DNA of 63,375 nucleotides, the filler included, from Aduncisulcus paluster (Eukaryota), in NCBI GenBank assembly GCA_024181965.1. It is 5 parts of 5 records of this genome, joined end to end, with 100 filler letters (N's around TTAATTAATTAA, not from the genome) between each part and the next. Parts side by side here need not be neighbours in the genome. Positions count along the whole stretch, not along the records: positions 37,621 to 54,652 come from BQXS01012476.1; 4 more parts are not named here. One strand, given 5' to 3'. Positions 40,772-53,000 of this stretch are shown here, one piece after another. A program made the position numbers and the translations under genes. The stretch's first letter is position 1. Each line of letters opens with the position of its first letter. The notes under the pieces are model-generated. The model had not been told where the DNA came from. It was given only the letters and a program-made list of their open reading frames with translations, and did no database searches.

Positions 40772-41377
40772 TTCTTACAAACCCTAAGGTTACCTTCACG
40801 CTTCCAAACTTATTCTTAAACCATATAATAGACATAATTTATTAAAGATTATAAATATATAATTTGAAAAATCTTTTTATTCCCCGAAAATTTTGCTCAG
40901 ATCGTCGAGAAACCCTGATTTTTATTTCATCTTGGATGAGCCGATAAAAAGGGTCAATTATAAAACAAATTAATTTATAGCTGATGAATTATTTGATATC
41001 ATTGTATTTGTTTGCCATCTTTACGGCTGGTTGATGGAATTACATCAATTGAGGGACAATCTATTTTTGGTCTTTTGAGGTTGAAATTTTTTTTTTTTCT
41101 TTTGTTCTTTTTGCTGACATTGATATTCAAAATGATTGATAATAATGAAATTATTGTGAAGAATGAAGAGAAGGAAAAGGAAGATAGGAAATCTATAGTT
41201 ATTGCCCTCATGNNNNNNNNNNNNNNNNNNNNATTATTTGATATCATTGTATTTGTTTGCCATCTTTACGGCTGGTTGATGGAATTACATCAATTGAGGG
41301 ACAATCTATTTTTGGTCTTTTGAGGTTGAAATTTTTTTTTTTTTCTTTTGTTCTTTTTGCTGACATTGATATTCAAA

Positions 41378-42475
41378 ATGATTGATAATAATGAAATTAT
41401 TGTGAAGAATGAAGAGAAGGAAAAGGAAGATAGGAAATCTATAGTTATTGCCCTCATGACTGTACTTGGTCTCCTTCTGCTGATAATCGGAATAGTCTTT
41501 GTTATTGTGGGATTTTCCAAAGCAAAAAAAGATACTGGAGATATTACTATTTCCGGAGAGTGCGGAACTAATGCTGATCTCTTTATCGAAAGAATGGAGG
41601 CCTACTCAACAAACACTGCAGCTGACTTGAAATCAGCCTTTTCAAACTCATACATCAGCCTCTCCATCCAAGGATCCATTGATACGAATATAGATAATTA
41701 CAACCTTACTCAGTATGACAATGTTTCTTGCGATGTTTCCGACAAAGATATGGCTGCTCTTGAAGAAAGAGGTTTTTCCGCCACGGATATGGAAGATTAT
41801 TACCTTCGCGCTGATCTCTCTGATCGGTATAGCTCACCGAGAACTGGTAATTTTTCCTGGGAGGTTATTGGATCCTATTCACTCTATAAGGACTATGTAC
41901 AAATTTTTAATTCTAATCAACTCTACCTCGATGAGGAATGGAGAATAGCAGACGATGCATCCACCTGTGATTCTGAAACTGAACTCTATTGTACTGACAC
42001 TTGTGAGAGTGTTATCTACCCAAAAGCGTTTGAAATTGGCATTATTCCACTTGGTTCCAACGATTATGATCTATCGTACGTGACTTTTGCAAACAAAACA
42101 GCTGTGACCACAGATGATTCTGATGGTGTTACTTTTACTTGTGATAATTCTGTGTCCGCCGTACCAGTGAATCTTCTCTCAGTGTATGTTCTTGATGAAA
42201 CTTCCCCTTGTTTTGTTTATCAAAATTATTTTGGCGGAGATTTTGGTGAAGCGGTAGCTGCCGAAAAGACTTTCAATTTTAAGCTAACTGGTTGGATTTT
42301 GATGATTGTTGGTGCTCTATCTTTTCTTGGAGCCTATATCATGTATCGTTTTGTTGACTCGCCTGTCGATGACTCCCAAAATGACACGGAGGAGGCTGCG
42401 TCAAATTCAGAAGAAAATCAAGTATCCAATGGGCGTCGGTGGTGGAAAACTGATAAAGATACTTCCAGGGCTTAG
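41378..42475 (+). CDS. Two-TM protein with Cys-containing extracellular loop
   Basis: N-terminal TM (IVIALMTVLGLLLLIIGIVFVIVGF), ~270-aa acidic loop with Cys and N-glycosylation sequons, C-terminal TM (GWILMIVGALSFLGAYIMY); first ATG at 41378. Confidence 0.8.
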   Translation: MIDNNEIIVKNEEKEKEDRKSIVIALMTVLGLLLLIIGIVFVIVGFSKAKKDTGDITISGECGTNADLFIERMEAYSTNTAADLKSAFSNSYISLSIQGSIDTNIDNYNLTQYDNVSCDVSDKDMAALEERGFSATDMEDYYLRADLSDRYSSPRTGNFSWEVIGSYSLYKDYVQIFNSNQLYLDEEWRIADDASTCDSETELYCTDTCESVIYPKAFEIGIIPLGSNDYDLSYVTFANKTAVTTDDSDGVTFTCDNSVSAVPVNLLSVYVLDETSPCFVYQNYFGGDFGEAVAAEKTFNFKLTGWILMIVGALSFLGAYIMYRFVDSPVDDSQNDTEEAASNSEENQVSNGRRWWKTDKDTSRA

Positions 42476-42866
42476 ATCACTCGTGGTTCAACCTGGAAAA
42501 TGATTTATAATAAATAATTTATTTATTGATATGCAGTCTCACTCAGTTTTTTTTTTTTTTTGAATAATTTTCTGTGTAGTTTGATTGTACTAGTACTACA
42601 ATTGAATCATTGTAGGCTTACTTCACGTTGTGCGTGAGCAAAATTAATTTTACAAGAAAATAGATCCAACCAAATGATTCCAAACAAAATGGAGGTAAAA
42701 ATTATTTTGAGATTAGGGACGGGCTCCCCGTACTCAGCAAATGCACCCCGTCCTATTCCGAAAGGATATGAAACCCATAGGATGGTGTATATGAATTTTA
42801 ACAAGATCACAAAAAAAAAAAAAAAAAAAAAAAAATTATTTTGTTTTGTCAACAAACCCCTGAAGA

Positions 42867-45059
42867 TCAAATACTTCCTGCACGAAGCTTTCTCAACAGG
42901 GCATTGCTCTCTTCATCCAGAATGGGTTCTTTCTTGCGATACATTCCCTTGGAACATTTTGAATATGACATCTTGGCTCTTGGTCCAATAGTTCGATCCA
43001 TTTTTGGTGTCATATGTCTTATTGTAGGTTTCTTTGCCTCTCCAACTTTTTTCTCTCCCTTTTTAGACATTTCTTCATCGTTTGTTGTTTTCGTTTTAAA
43101 AAGGGGACTCTTTTTGTCCCCAAATGGATAGAACAAAATGTATAAACAAACAATCACACATACAATGAACATAGAAAGAACCAAATATGATGTAAAATGT
43201 TGCAGATTATCGAATCTAAATATTAGAAAAGATAAAACAACAAGAATGACGGACAGAATTACGAATGCCCCAATCTTCACAACTCTTGAAAAATATCTCT
43301 GTTCAAACTCCTCAAATTTTTCTCGAATGACCTTTGACGTTTCTGATATATTCACATCTCCTGGACGAATCTGAATAAGGACTTGAGGTGCAAACTTAAG
43401 TCTTGCAACACCCATTCGAGCAAATAACGTTAAAACTATTAATACAATCGATAAGAAAGTAAGATTAAGCCAAATAATAATGTCAAAATGGTTATTTATG
43501 ATAATCCAAATCCAGCAACTAAAAAGTTGGATTGAAATCTGAGCCAAATAAAACACACCCATGGGAGAAAATGGAAAGTTAGGGATATCTAGAAAAAATT
43601 TAGCATTTTTTGAATGAAAATAATAATACATGGTGAAAAAGGCTATTATATTTGTTACTAAAATCATAAAAAAAGGATGTTCGAGAGCTTCACCATGCTT
43701 CATAATCAAGAAATATGGTAAGATAAATGAAAAGAGACAAGAAAACACTGTGTTTCTAAAAATAGTCTCTCTCTGAATCAAGTCCATTCGATCAGTGTTC
43801 CGATCCTCCTCTATTTGGCGATAGTTTTCTGGGTTATGAGGGAAATGAATATTGTAAATAACCCTTATGTTCACCCACACTATGCCAAAAATTATTGGAA
43901 TAGGATTATAAATCAAGAAACCAAAGGATAATATACCAAAGGGAAGAATAAAGGATACTATTGAATTTCTATTTCTACTGGAAAATGTGTCACCAAAGAA
44001 AAGGCTCGATAATAGAATAAAAAAATTTCCAGATACACACGCCATGATTAGAGAATTGGATACAAAACCAAAGTAGCACAAATATAGACTTATTGCACAA
44101 CAAAACGATATGAATTCAGCCATAAATCGAGGCGCATAATAATTATATGCAATACAAGAAAATATTTTCTCCTTAATTTTCCCAATGATACCAGACGATT
44201 TCTTGTATAAAAACGGAAACATTAAAGATAAATTATAGTTGGATGAGGATATAGTATTGTAAATTTTCATCCCAAAAATAATTAACGGAAAATAAGAAGG
44301 AAGAGTAAATTCATTATCCAGGACGATCAGATCATAATGCCAATAATAGAATGCTGTAAACCCAGCAAAATAAAAGAAGAGATTTTGAAAAAATATATCC
44401 CTGAAACTAAAAATTGCTTTCATGATCCTCTTTTCTGTTCCAGAATCACATTGCCATCCGCGTGCCAAAGCGAAAGATTTGCATTCTAAAATTGCGTTGA
44501 AATATGGAACCAAAAACATAGCAACTACGACATTAATGACTCCATATATTCCATTTTTGAGATGTGTATCTTGAAATTCCCAATTATGAAAGATCATGAG
44601 TAAAGAGGGACACAAGAAAAATCCTCCAACACAGCTAAAAAAAATCGTAAGGAAATCCGGAATCCAGTTAAACTTATAATATAACTTATATGCAATGAAT
44701 GAGGAGCCAAAAGACAAAAGAATCCAGATAATTGGGTTAACGACTAAACGGGAATCAGTCAAAATCTTGTGATAATCCTCTCGATAGTCCGGGTCAATTC
44801 TAAGGCGATCTATCCAGAAATAGGGATTCAATTCACTAAAAGAATTTATAAACCATCGATGTATTGATTTTGCTTCATTCTTTATAACATTCACAAAACT
44901 TTCACATTGATTGCAGGCAATAGAATGTATCAGACCACCAAATAATACATAAATTAGCAAAATAAATTTAATGTATGCACGAAAATCTTGTAGAACTACA
45001 CAACAGAGAGACATGAAAAATGAGGGAGTAATTGATATATCTAAGGGCCAATTCTTCAA
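42867..45059 (-). CDS. Polytopic membrane protein (~715-730 aa) with basic C-tail; start uncertain (first ATG 45014)
   Basis: Long ORF with many hydrophobic segments; no family recognised. Confidence 0.7.
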   Translation of the reverse strand: MKNWPLDISITPSFFMSLCCVVLQDFRAYIKFILLIYVLFGGLIHSIACNQCESFVNVIKNEAKSIHRWFINSFSELNPYFWIDRLRIDPDYREDYHKILTDSRLVVNPIIWILLSFGSSFIAYKLYYKFNWIPDFLTIFFSCVGGFFLCPSLLMIFHNWEFQDTHLKNGIYGVINVVVAMFLVPYFNAILECKSFALARGWQCDSGTEKRIMKAIFSFRDIFFQNLFFYFAGFTAFYYWHYDLIVLDNEFTLPSYFPLIIFGMKIYNTISSSNYNLSLMFPFLYKKSSGIIGKIKEKIFSCIAYNYYAPRFMAEFISFCCAISLYLCYFGFVSNSLIMACVSGNFFILLSSLFFGDTFSSRNRNSIVSFILPFGILSFGFLIYNPIPIIFGIVWVNIRVIYNIHFPHNPENYRQIEEDRNTDRMDLIQRETIFRNTVFSCLFSFILPYFLIMKHGEALEHPFFMILVTNIIAFFTMYYYFHSKNAKFFLDIPNFPFSPMGVFYLAQISIQLFSCWIWIIINNHFDIIIWLNLTFLSIVLIVLTLFARMGVARLKFAPQVLIQIRPGDVNISETSKVIREKFEEFEQRYFSRVVKIGAFVILSVILVVLSFLIFRFDNLQHFTSYLVLSMFIVCVIVCLYILFYPFGDKKSPLFKTKTTNDEEMSKKGEKKVGEAKKPTIRHMTPKMDRTIGPRAKMSYSKCSKGMYRKKEPILDEESNALLRKLRAGSI

Positions 45060-45517
45060 TATCTATTTAAAAAATTGTGAAATTTCCACTCACAATCTTC
45101 TGTTGTTCGATGAATGCCAGGAAAAATGATGATTTTGCCAAATCACTTTCTCATCAAATGAGTACCATCATAACATAAACAAAATAGGTCAAAAAAATGA
45201 ACAGCTAATTTTAATGTTTTATAATATGCTCAGATTTATTGAATAATATCTTCAAAGACTATCATTAAAACCCATACAGTTTTCCAAGATTATGAGCCTT
45301 TTTCTTTACGTCGCCTACACCTATGTGTCCAACTATCTTCCAAACTCTGCTAAGAGAAAAGTAAAGCGTGATTTCTTTTCGCACAAAGCAGAGTTTTGCC
45401 GTCATATAAGTAAATCATAATCTTTAAGATAAAAAACAATGTATAGTACAGTATAGACTATACTATACTGTACTATACTAACATTCTTCAACTTGAAGAA
45501 GTTCTCGAATTAAATCT

Positions 45518-46711
45518 TCACAGTGAAATAATGACAGGTTCCATCATGGTAGGAGCAGCGTGAAGAGGAGAATAGATCATGTCAGGGATTGGAGGAGGAA
45601 GGGAAAATGGCTTGTTATTCTTACTAGAAGAGGCATTAATGCAGCAATAAAGAGTGAGGATAACAATAATAATACCACCGCCGCCAATCCCAACCATAAT
45701 CCATCCGACCAAGGTGAAAACTGAAGTATCAGCGCCAAAAGAATATTCATAGTCAACAGCAAAAATGGCACACGGGTCATTTTTTGCCCAGATTTCGATC
45801 TTCATACCTGGGAGACGGTCCAGAGTTCCACATTCATTGGAAAAAGGATCATCATGCATGATATAGCTCCCACTGATATTATCTGTGAATGTATCGCTAC
45901 TGGGTATGCTCATATTAGAAGTCTCTGGAGAGAATGAATCGTTTGTATGATTGACATCAATCGAAAAAAGTATCCAATTCTGAAATTCGTATGAAAAACA
46001 AGTATACTCATACAGACCCGTGGAATAATTTTGATCACCTCCACATGCAGCTTGGTAGCTAGATTTACAGGGGTCAGAAGTAGAATCGGAATAATCAATA
46101 TCATACCAACTCTCCTCGATTTGAATATCATCAAAAGACGTGGAAGAGATACCATTGGAGATAGCATAGGACATGAATGTATTTTTGGATAAAAAAACAT
46201 CTTCAGTGAGTGTGGGATACCCAGAATAATTAAATTGTCCACTTCCATAAGGACTATCAAGAGGGAAAGTTACTCCTCTCTTCGAAAGCTCGTCAATATC
46301 CTTTGCAGTCATCTTTACATCACATCTATATGTATCCCATGTGAAATCGTTGGGATACGCATAAAGAAGAGAGCTATCGTAAGAAGAGCGAAGATAGTTG
46401 GCTCTAACATAACCTCCAGCAAACGAATCTTGCATTTGGGCAATGGTATGAGGTGTACCGATATTATGAGCAAAATCATCCAAATTTTGGTAATAAGGAT
46501 CAGTGGCAGCGGTTCCAATGATGGCGAAGACAATTCCCACGATTAGAACGATAGAAAGAACGACCACAACGAAGATAATTCCACAAAGACAGGCACTGTA
46601 ATAAGGCCAACTCAAACAATGTTGCTGTGAGCAAGTTTATTCGTTATGATCGATTGTTCAAGGGGGTCAAGTTCCCTGCATACAACTTCCCCTGACAGCA
46701 CTACATACCAT
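45518..46711 (-). CDS. Two-TM Cys-rich family paralogue, join(46711..46709,46624..45518)
   Basis: ATG|intron|CAACATTGTTTG gives MQHCLSWPYYSACLCG...; shares CDVxxxxxDIDELSKRG, PCAIF...SFG and LVGWIMVGIG with 41378..42475. Confidence 0.8.
46625..46708 (-). other. Spliceosomal intron immediately after the start codon, 84 nt
   Basis: ATG|GTATGT...GCTCACAG; contains an in-frame TGA, and the downstream exon has no ATG before its first TM. Confidence 0.8.
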
Positions 46712-47016
46712 TGTTAAACTGAAATAAAATAAAATCAAAAAATAATGTTGAATCAAACCCCCATATTAGAGTCTATCCGGATTTTGTCATTTTTATTTTA
46801 AAACCGGTAGAATTTCAATTAAAAAAATATTTAAAAAATCCGAAACACAACCTAAGATTTATTTTCATGCGAACATACATGGAAGACTTTTGAAAAATAT
46901 GATGTGACAGATCCGATGTGTGGCACACAAACATACTATGTTTGCTACTAGTAGTAGATTCAACCATTTACTAAATGAGTTAGTAACTCCTCAAGGAGAA
47001 ATAATAGCTATTCTCC

Positions 47017-50000
47017 TCACAAACCATCTCTATTAAGGAAATTCCACACCCTCTTGTTGACTCCTACGCTTGAAATTGGGAGGGGGAGTAGTTGAACGTT
47101 TTGTCTCTTCTCGAACATCATTTGGATGTCATTTTTCGCCGTAATACGCATTGTAAATATACAAACTCCAATGACCATGGTGAAACTAACTCCAAAGAAT
47201 GCGAAATCATAGAGAACGATGGTATTATCCATTGTATTGTACAAGATTATGGATAGAGTATACTTTACGAGGTGGAAAACCGTCAAAGTCATCAGAGCTA
47301 GCGTTCGAGGATGCTGTGACATAGCATTTCCCTGCCCATCCCTGACGACAGGAGAGGATAACTCTAGGCTAACCCTTGAAGGCTGACAATCTGATAATCC
47401 ATGTTTCCCCCCGTCTTTAATTTGTTCCTTCATTGCCTCATCCTTCTTCTTACTGTCATCCTTCTTTCTGTTGTTTCTCACATCACTATTTTTAGATGTC
47501 TCTGATGAAGGTTGTGTTATGGAACTCAATCTCTGATCAGACGATTGCAAGGAAGAGAGGCGTTGATTATGCAAGGAAGTGGCCAAGTTGGAGTTATTTG
47601 AGGCTTTTCCATAGAGGTCAGTTCCAAATTTCCTTCGATAGGCATCAATTTCCTTCTGAGACCGCATATCCACGAACAAGAAAGAGAACAAAGCAAGAAT
47701 ATTGTACACAAATATCCCAAAGAAGGAATAACTAGCGAGATAATGGATATAATCGCCCCACGAAAGTCCCAGACTTGACCCGTAATAATTGTCAACAAGG
47801 TACGTTGTATCTTCTCCATTCTTTCTAGCTTGCAATGTTTGCGTGACCATAGTCTTGACAAAGGAATAACAGGAATATAACATGGATCCACCGACCTCAG
47901 AATCACGGGACTCAGTAAAAATAAGAACAATGGTCATGACTACAAGAGGGAAACCTGTGCAAATGAAGATAAGGGTGGGAATTGAAAAGCTTGGGAAAGG
48001 GGGAGGCAGTGGAGGAGGCCGTTTATCCTCGCAGCATCTAGAGCCACGTGACATCCTGGTTTTGTTCATCAACCGTCGGATATACTTGTCACCTCTCTGT
48101 GATCTCATTGCTCTCAGATCGGAATGGAGTGAAGATCCTTCGCATGAGTCAGTGGATGTCGTGGTCGTAGTGGAGAGAGTCGCAGCACCCAAGTCACTCA
48201 TTATATCAACTTGATTGTGACTCCCACTGAAACTTCCATGATTAGACGTTAATCGATTGTGTTTCTTGAGCATTAGAAGTGAGGAGATATCGAGATCGTT
48301 CATGGATGTAACAGTGTCTCGACTCAAAGCATCAAGGGGAGAATCTGTCACCGAAGTGGTCGAATCTGCACGGGTCGAGCCTGATGGTTTTCTATAGGAA
48401 CGAATATGAGGGTGAACAGGGAAAAGAGATTCAATAGAATTCATTTTAAGGGTCGTACAAGGTCCAAAGAATGGTTTTAGGCCCTCGGGAATGTCGTTTT
48501 CAATCGATTGTGAGGGGTTATAATCGCCCACCAGTTTCAGTTGGTTTTGTGTTTTTTGGTTTGAAATTACAGAAATATCAACTTTTCTATCCCTATTTGA
48601 ATGATACTCGTGACTATTCTTCCATCGGGCTAACCACCATGAATGTCTCTCTTTCTTCCACCGACTTTTGCTCATGTTACTACTTGGATGTCTATATTTA
48701 GAACCGTGAGTAATAAATAATCTATCAATACATTCACACAAACAAACCCGAGACCATACCCATCCGATAATCCACAATATTCCGTGAACAATGGGAAAAA
48801 GGGGAACATCGACTAATACACGGAGCATAAAGAAAGATTTCTCCTTAATTGGGGTATATAGAAGCGGTGCCAAGAGCTTTTCTTTGAGAAGTGAGTCGAA
48901 TTTAGATCCGTGTGTCCCCAAAAGGTATGAAAACCGTTCCTGATTAATCTTTATCTCCGAAGCAATTGTTGCCGCGGCATCTCTTGACGTCGACTGGAGT
49001 AAATCGGGACCCAAGGAGAGAACAGCCACGATACCACTCACGAGGAAGAAGATCACAGGCATGGTGAGTGAATAGGGAGGGGCTGCAGGCAGTGTCAAAG
49101 GTGATATATTGTAAAAAGACTCTGAAGAGTTATACATAGTGGTCAAGACAGAATTCGAATACGAGTGCTGGAATGGGTGATATTTCTTTGGATCTTGGAT
49201 AGACAACTGAAGAGGAGCGTTGAGATCAGACTTGAGAGGTAATCCATACATTCCAGGATGAGAGNNNNNNNNNNNNNNNNNNNNGTATGAAAACCGTTCC
49301 TGATTAATCTTTATCTCCGAAGCAATTGTTGCCGCGGCATCTCTTGACGTCGACTGGAGTAAATCGGGACCCAAGGAGAGAACAGCCACGATACCACTCA
49401 CGAGGAAGAAGATCACAGGCATGGTGAGTGAATAGGGAGGGGCTGCAGGCAGTGTCAAAGGTGATATATTGTAAAAAGACTCTGAAGAGTTATACATAGT
49501 GGTCAAGACAGAATTCGAATACGAGTGCTGGAATGGGTGATATTTCTTTGGATCTTGGATAGACAACTGAAGAGGAGCGTTGAGATCAGACTTGAGAGGT
49601 AATCCATACATTCCAGGATGAGAGGGCTCCTGAATACCGGTAGATTCTTCGGCTGAGACGGAACCTTTGTCACGATGAGTCGTTGAAGGCACCCCAGAGC
49701 CTCTCCTAATCCCATCAGAGGTCTGTAGAGAACTGTATTGAGCTGCAGTGTCGGTTATCATTGATTGTAATGCAATATTATCGGCAGGAATTGGTGAAAT
49801 CGGTGACAAGGAATGGGTATGCGGCACGGTGGATGAAAACAATCCCAATTCATATTCAACTTGGCCATTCGCAGATGCTTGTTTCTCCTTCGAACGTCTT
49901 TCGCGGCATCGTTCTTTCAGATCACGACTTCTTCTCACTGCCACTTCTCCAGCAATATCGTTGGCTAGCATCTTCAACTTCCTTTCTTGAGAGAGATCAG

Positions 50001-53000
50001 CTTTGGAAAGTTTGCCCTTTGATCTGCTCTTAGATCTGCTCTTAGGTCTGCGTTTGAGGGTATATTTACCTCCTTTAAGCTCAATCTGGGCCATAGTTTC
50101 CTCACATCGTTGCTGACGGATCAAGCATAGGTCGAGAACAGCATTGAGATATTTCAGAGAGTTTACCCGATCCAGATAGAGCTTGAGCAACATTGCTTTG
50201 ACTTCATACTGCGAGGCAGCCAGGAGATGCTGCCTCTGGATGGCCGTGGACCCTGCCTTGGAGTCAGAATTGCCCACTGAAGCAGACGAAGAAGAAGTGC
50301 CAGACCCAGTGGCCAATGACATTTGGGCATTAATACCGCCAAGATTATTAGAAGAGGTTGGATTTCCCAGACCGAAGGCGAGCAAAGGGATAGTCTCATA
50401 ATTAGGGGAAAACTTCACTTCTTTCTTACCCAACGGAGGATTGGAGTTTGTTTTGGACCCAGTAAGAGAAGAATGAGAAGAGGATGATCGGTGCCGTTTA
50501 GCGCTACTCTTTCCTCCCATACTTGTCCCACTCTTTTGCATGGTTTCAGAGATAGAGGCCGTATGCCTGCTACCTTTGCTATCATTCTGTTGTTTTCTCT
50601 TTTTCTGAATCATAAAGTCAAGTTCCTCAGGAGGGGGAGTAACATCCGTGTCATCAGATTCTTCTTCATCGCCAACATAGCCATGTTTTGACGCAGAAGA
50701 ACGGTACAACTTTGCCTTTGAACTCATACTATGCTCCTTATCTCCCGCAAAGGATCCACGAACACCAGAGGTCTGATGCATCGTGTCAGGCGCAGTGATA
50801 GCCCCGTGTTGAGATGAGAGACTGCTTGTTCGATGAAGCAGAGCCTCTCTCCCATGTGTGGCTTTCCCAGTCCGAGCGATATGAAGTTCATCTCCACCAT
50901 TGGTTGTTCTATGAGCGGCTAATCCATCGTCTTGTCTGCCCGAACAGGAATACTTGTGCTCCTCCTTGAACACTCGAAGGAGTAACCTCTTCAAATCAGT
51001 CGTTGTTTGATTAATTTGACGAACATAGACTTGCCTGTTGGCTTCTTCAAACATCCATTCTTCTCTCTCCCATATCCACTTCTCGATATTTTGTTTCTCA
51101 CCTTCGCGATACCGATTCCGAACAATCCGTTCTATAATTATCCACAATACAAGTAACAATGGACACATCACATCGATCAAGAGGAATAAAGACGTCGACA
51201 AAAAATACTTGGCGATCATCTTTGAAACAATGGCGAAGAAGGAAGACACACCTAGGTGGAAGATAAGGGTAAATTTCGACTGAGGAAGGAAAGGAGGGGC
51301 AAGAGGAAATAGATCAGGGAAGAAAGGTGGAGCTTTGATCGAAATATCATCAATTTTAATCTTCTTTTGTTGTCGTTCATCCTCATTATCATCATGATTT
51401 GAACCATTGGAACTAACACTAACAAATTTGCTATTATTATTGTTCTTTGCTACTTTAGATGTATTTTTTGAAGAGTGTGATGGCTGACTCATATTCTTTT
51501 TCTTTCGCTTATCACGCTGCTGTTGGTGTCCTAAATTTGGATTTTGAGAAAGAAGAGAATCTTCACCCTCATCATCATCATCATTTTTTTCATCTTTACC
51601 CTTCTTTGAATGAATTATTCTCCTTTCTTGCTTAACAGTTCCACCAATGTCATCATCATCTCTTTCTTCTTCTCCATCTCCAATATTCAAACTAACATCA
51701 CAATCGCCTCTAATCTTAGAATCAGTATGGGATGTTTTTGGAAATGGATGTCCTAATAATAGACTACTTGAGCTCACGCCTTTTCCTATTTCGGGATTAG
51801 TTTGAGAAACTATTTGGGGGAGTGATCCTCCTTGTGTCGAAATGAGTTGAGGCAAAGGAGGAATGAAGAAAGGTTTTGATCCTTTGATAATGCCATTTGT
51901 AGAAATATTTTCGTGATTATGTGTTGTTGAGACCGAAACCTTGGTCTTGGCCCTCTTCGATTGAGTGAGGCCAAGACCAAGGTTTTCTTCTGCAGAAGAG
52001 TGCCTATGGGTATTACTAGAAGGAAGCGAAGAGGATGAGAGTTTACGCATGTCTAAAGAAAAGAGATGGCTTTCCTTTGCATGAATATCGGTCCCGTGGC
52101 GTTTTAATGGTCCCGAATCCTTACTGGTGATGCTATTATTACCATTAGAACAATACAACAGACTCAAATCAGAGCTTTTTGGAAGTGCCTGTTGCCGTCT
52201 TTTGTGAGAGAAGGTTGAAGAAAGGTCAGAAGTCGAATGAGAAGAACTCTTGCGTCCATCAACATGCATATCCATAGGACATTCATCTCGACTTCTTCTT
52301 TTCCCTTCTTTTTCACCGCTTTGGAATCTTGCAGCTGCATCGTGTCGAGCAGATAGCCTCTGTCGATCCTTTTGTAGTTGCTGCCTCAGATCATCTCTAA
52401 TACGGACCACACTGCCAAATGCAGGGATGATTACTGGCTCTGATATGGAGTTTGAGAGATCTGAGAGATGACATCCCAAAGACAACGAGGATGATAGATC
52501 GACAGAAATCTCATTCTCTTCGCCGTTTGACGATAATCCTCCATCCAATGGTTCAATATTTATAATGGGAATGAACGAAGAAGCCTGAATAAGTTCAGTT
52601 GGAACACCACTCTTGTTATTTTTCTTTGAGCTATGTTTGAAAGGTTCGTCAGATATGGTTCCTGTTCCTGAATGCATGCCAGTTCCAACCGTGGCAGCAG
52701 CGCTGGCGGTGGCGGCTGGTTGTCCACTCCTTCCGGAACGGAATGATGGATTTGTACTGTACATGGGATATAATCCATTGTGTATTGTTGAGGAGGGGGG
52801 CTGGGAATGAGCTTGTCCACCAGGAACAACGTGACTTGACTGTGCTCCAGTGACACTACGAGTATCCTGGGCACGTGCTCGATGAGAAGACACGGATGAC
52901 GGGGAAGGGGTGGTTGCTATGAGGGCATCGTAGAAAGCATCGTCTCCCGCCACCCGTCCTCGTGACACATCATACATCTTTGATATTTCTGGAGAAATGA

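Noticed and set aside
45063..45093. Possible 31-nt GTGAGT..TAG intron upstream of the 730-aa membrane ORF
   Set aside because: The implied upstream exon hits an in-frame TGA with no ATG, so no complete model without RNA data.
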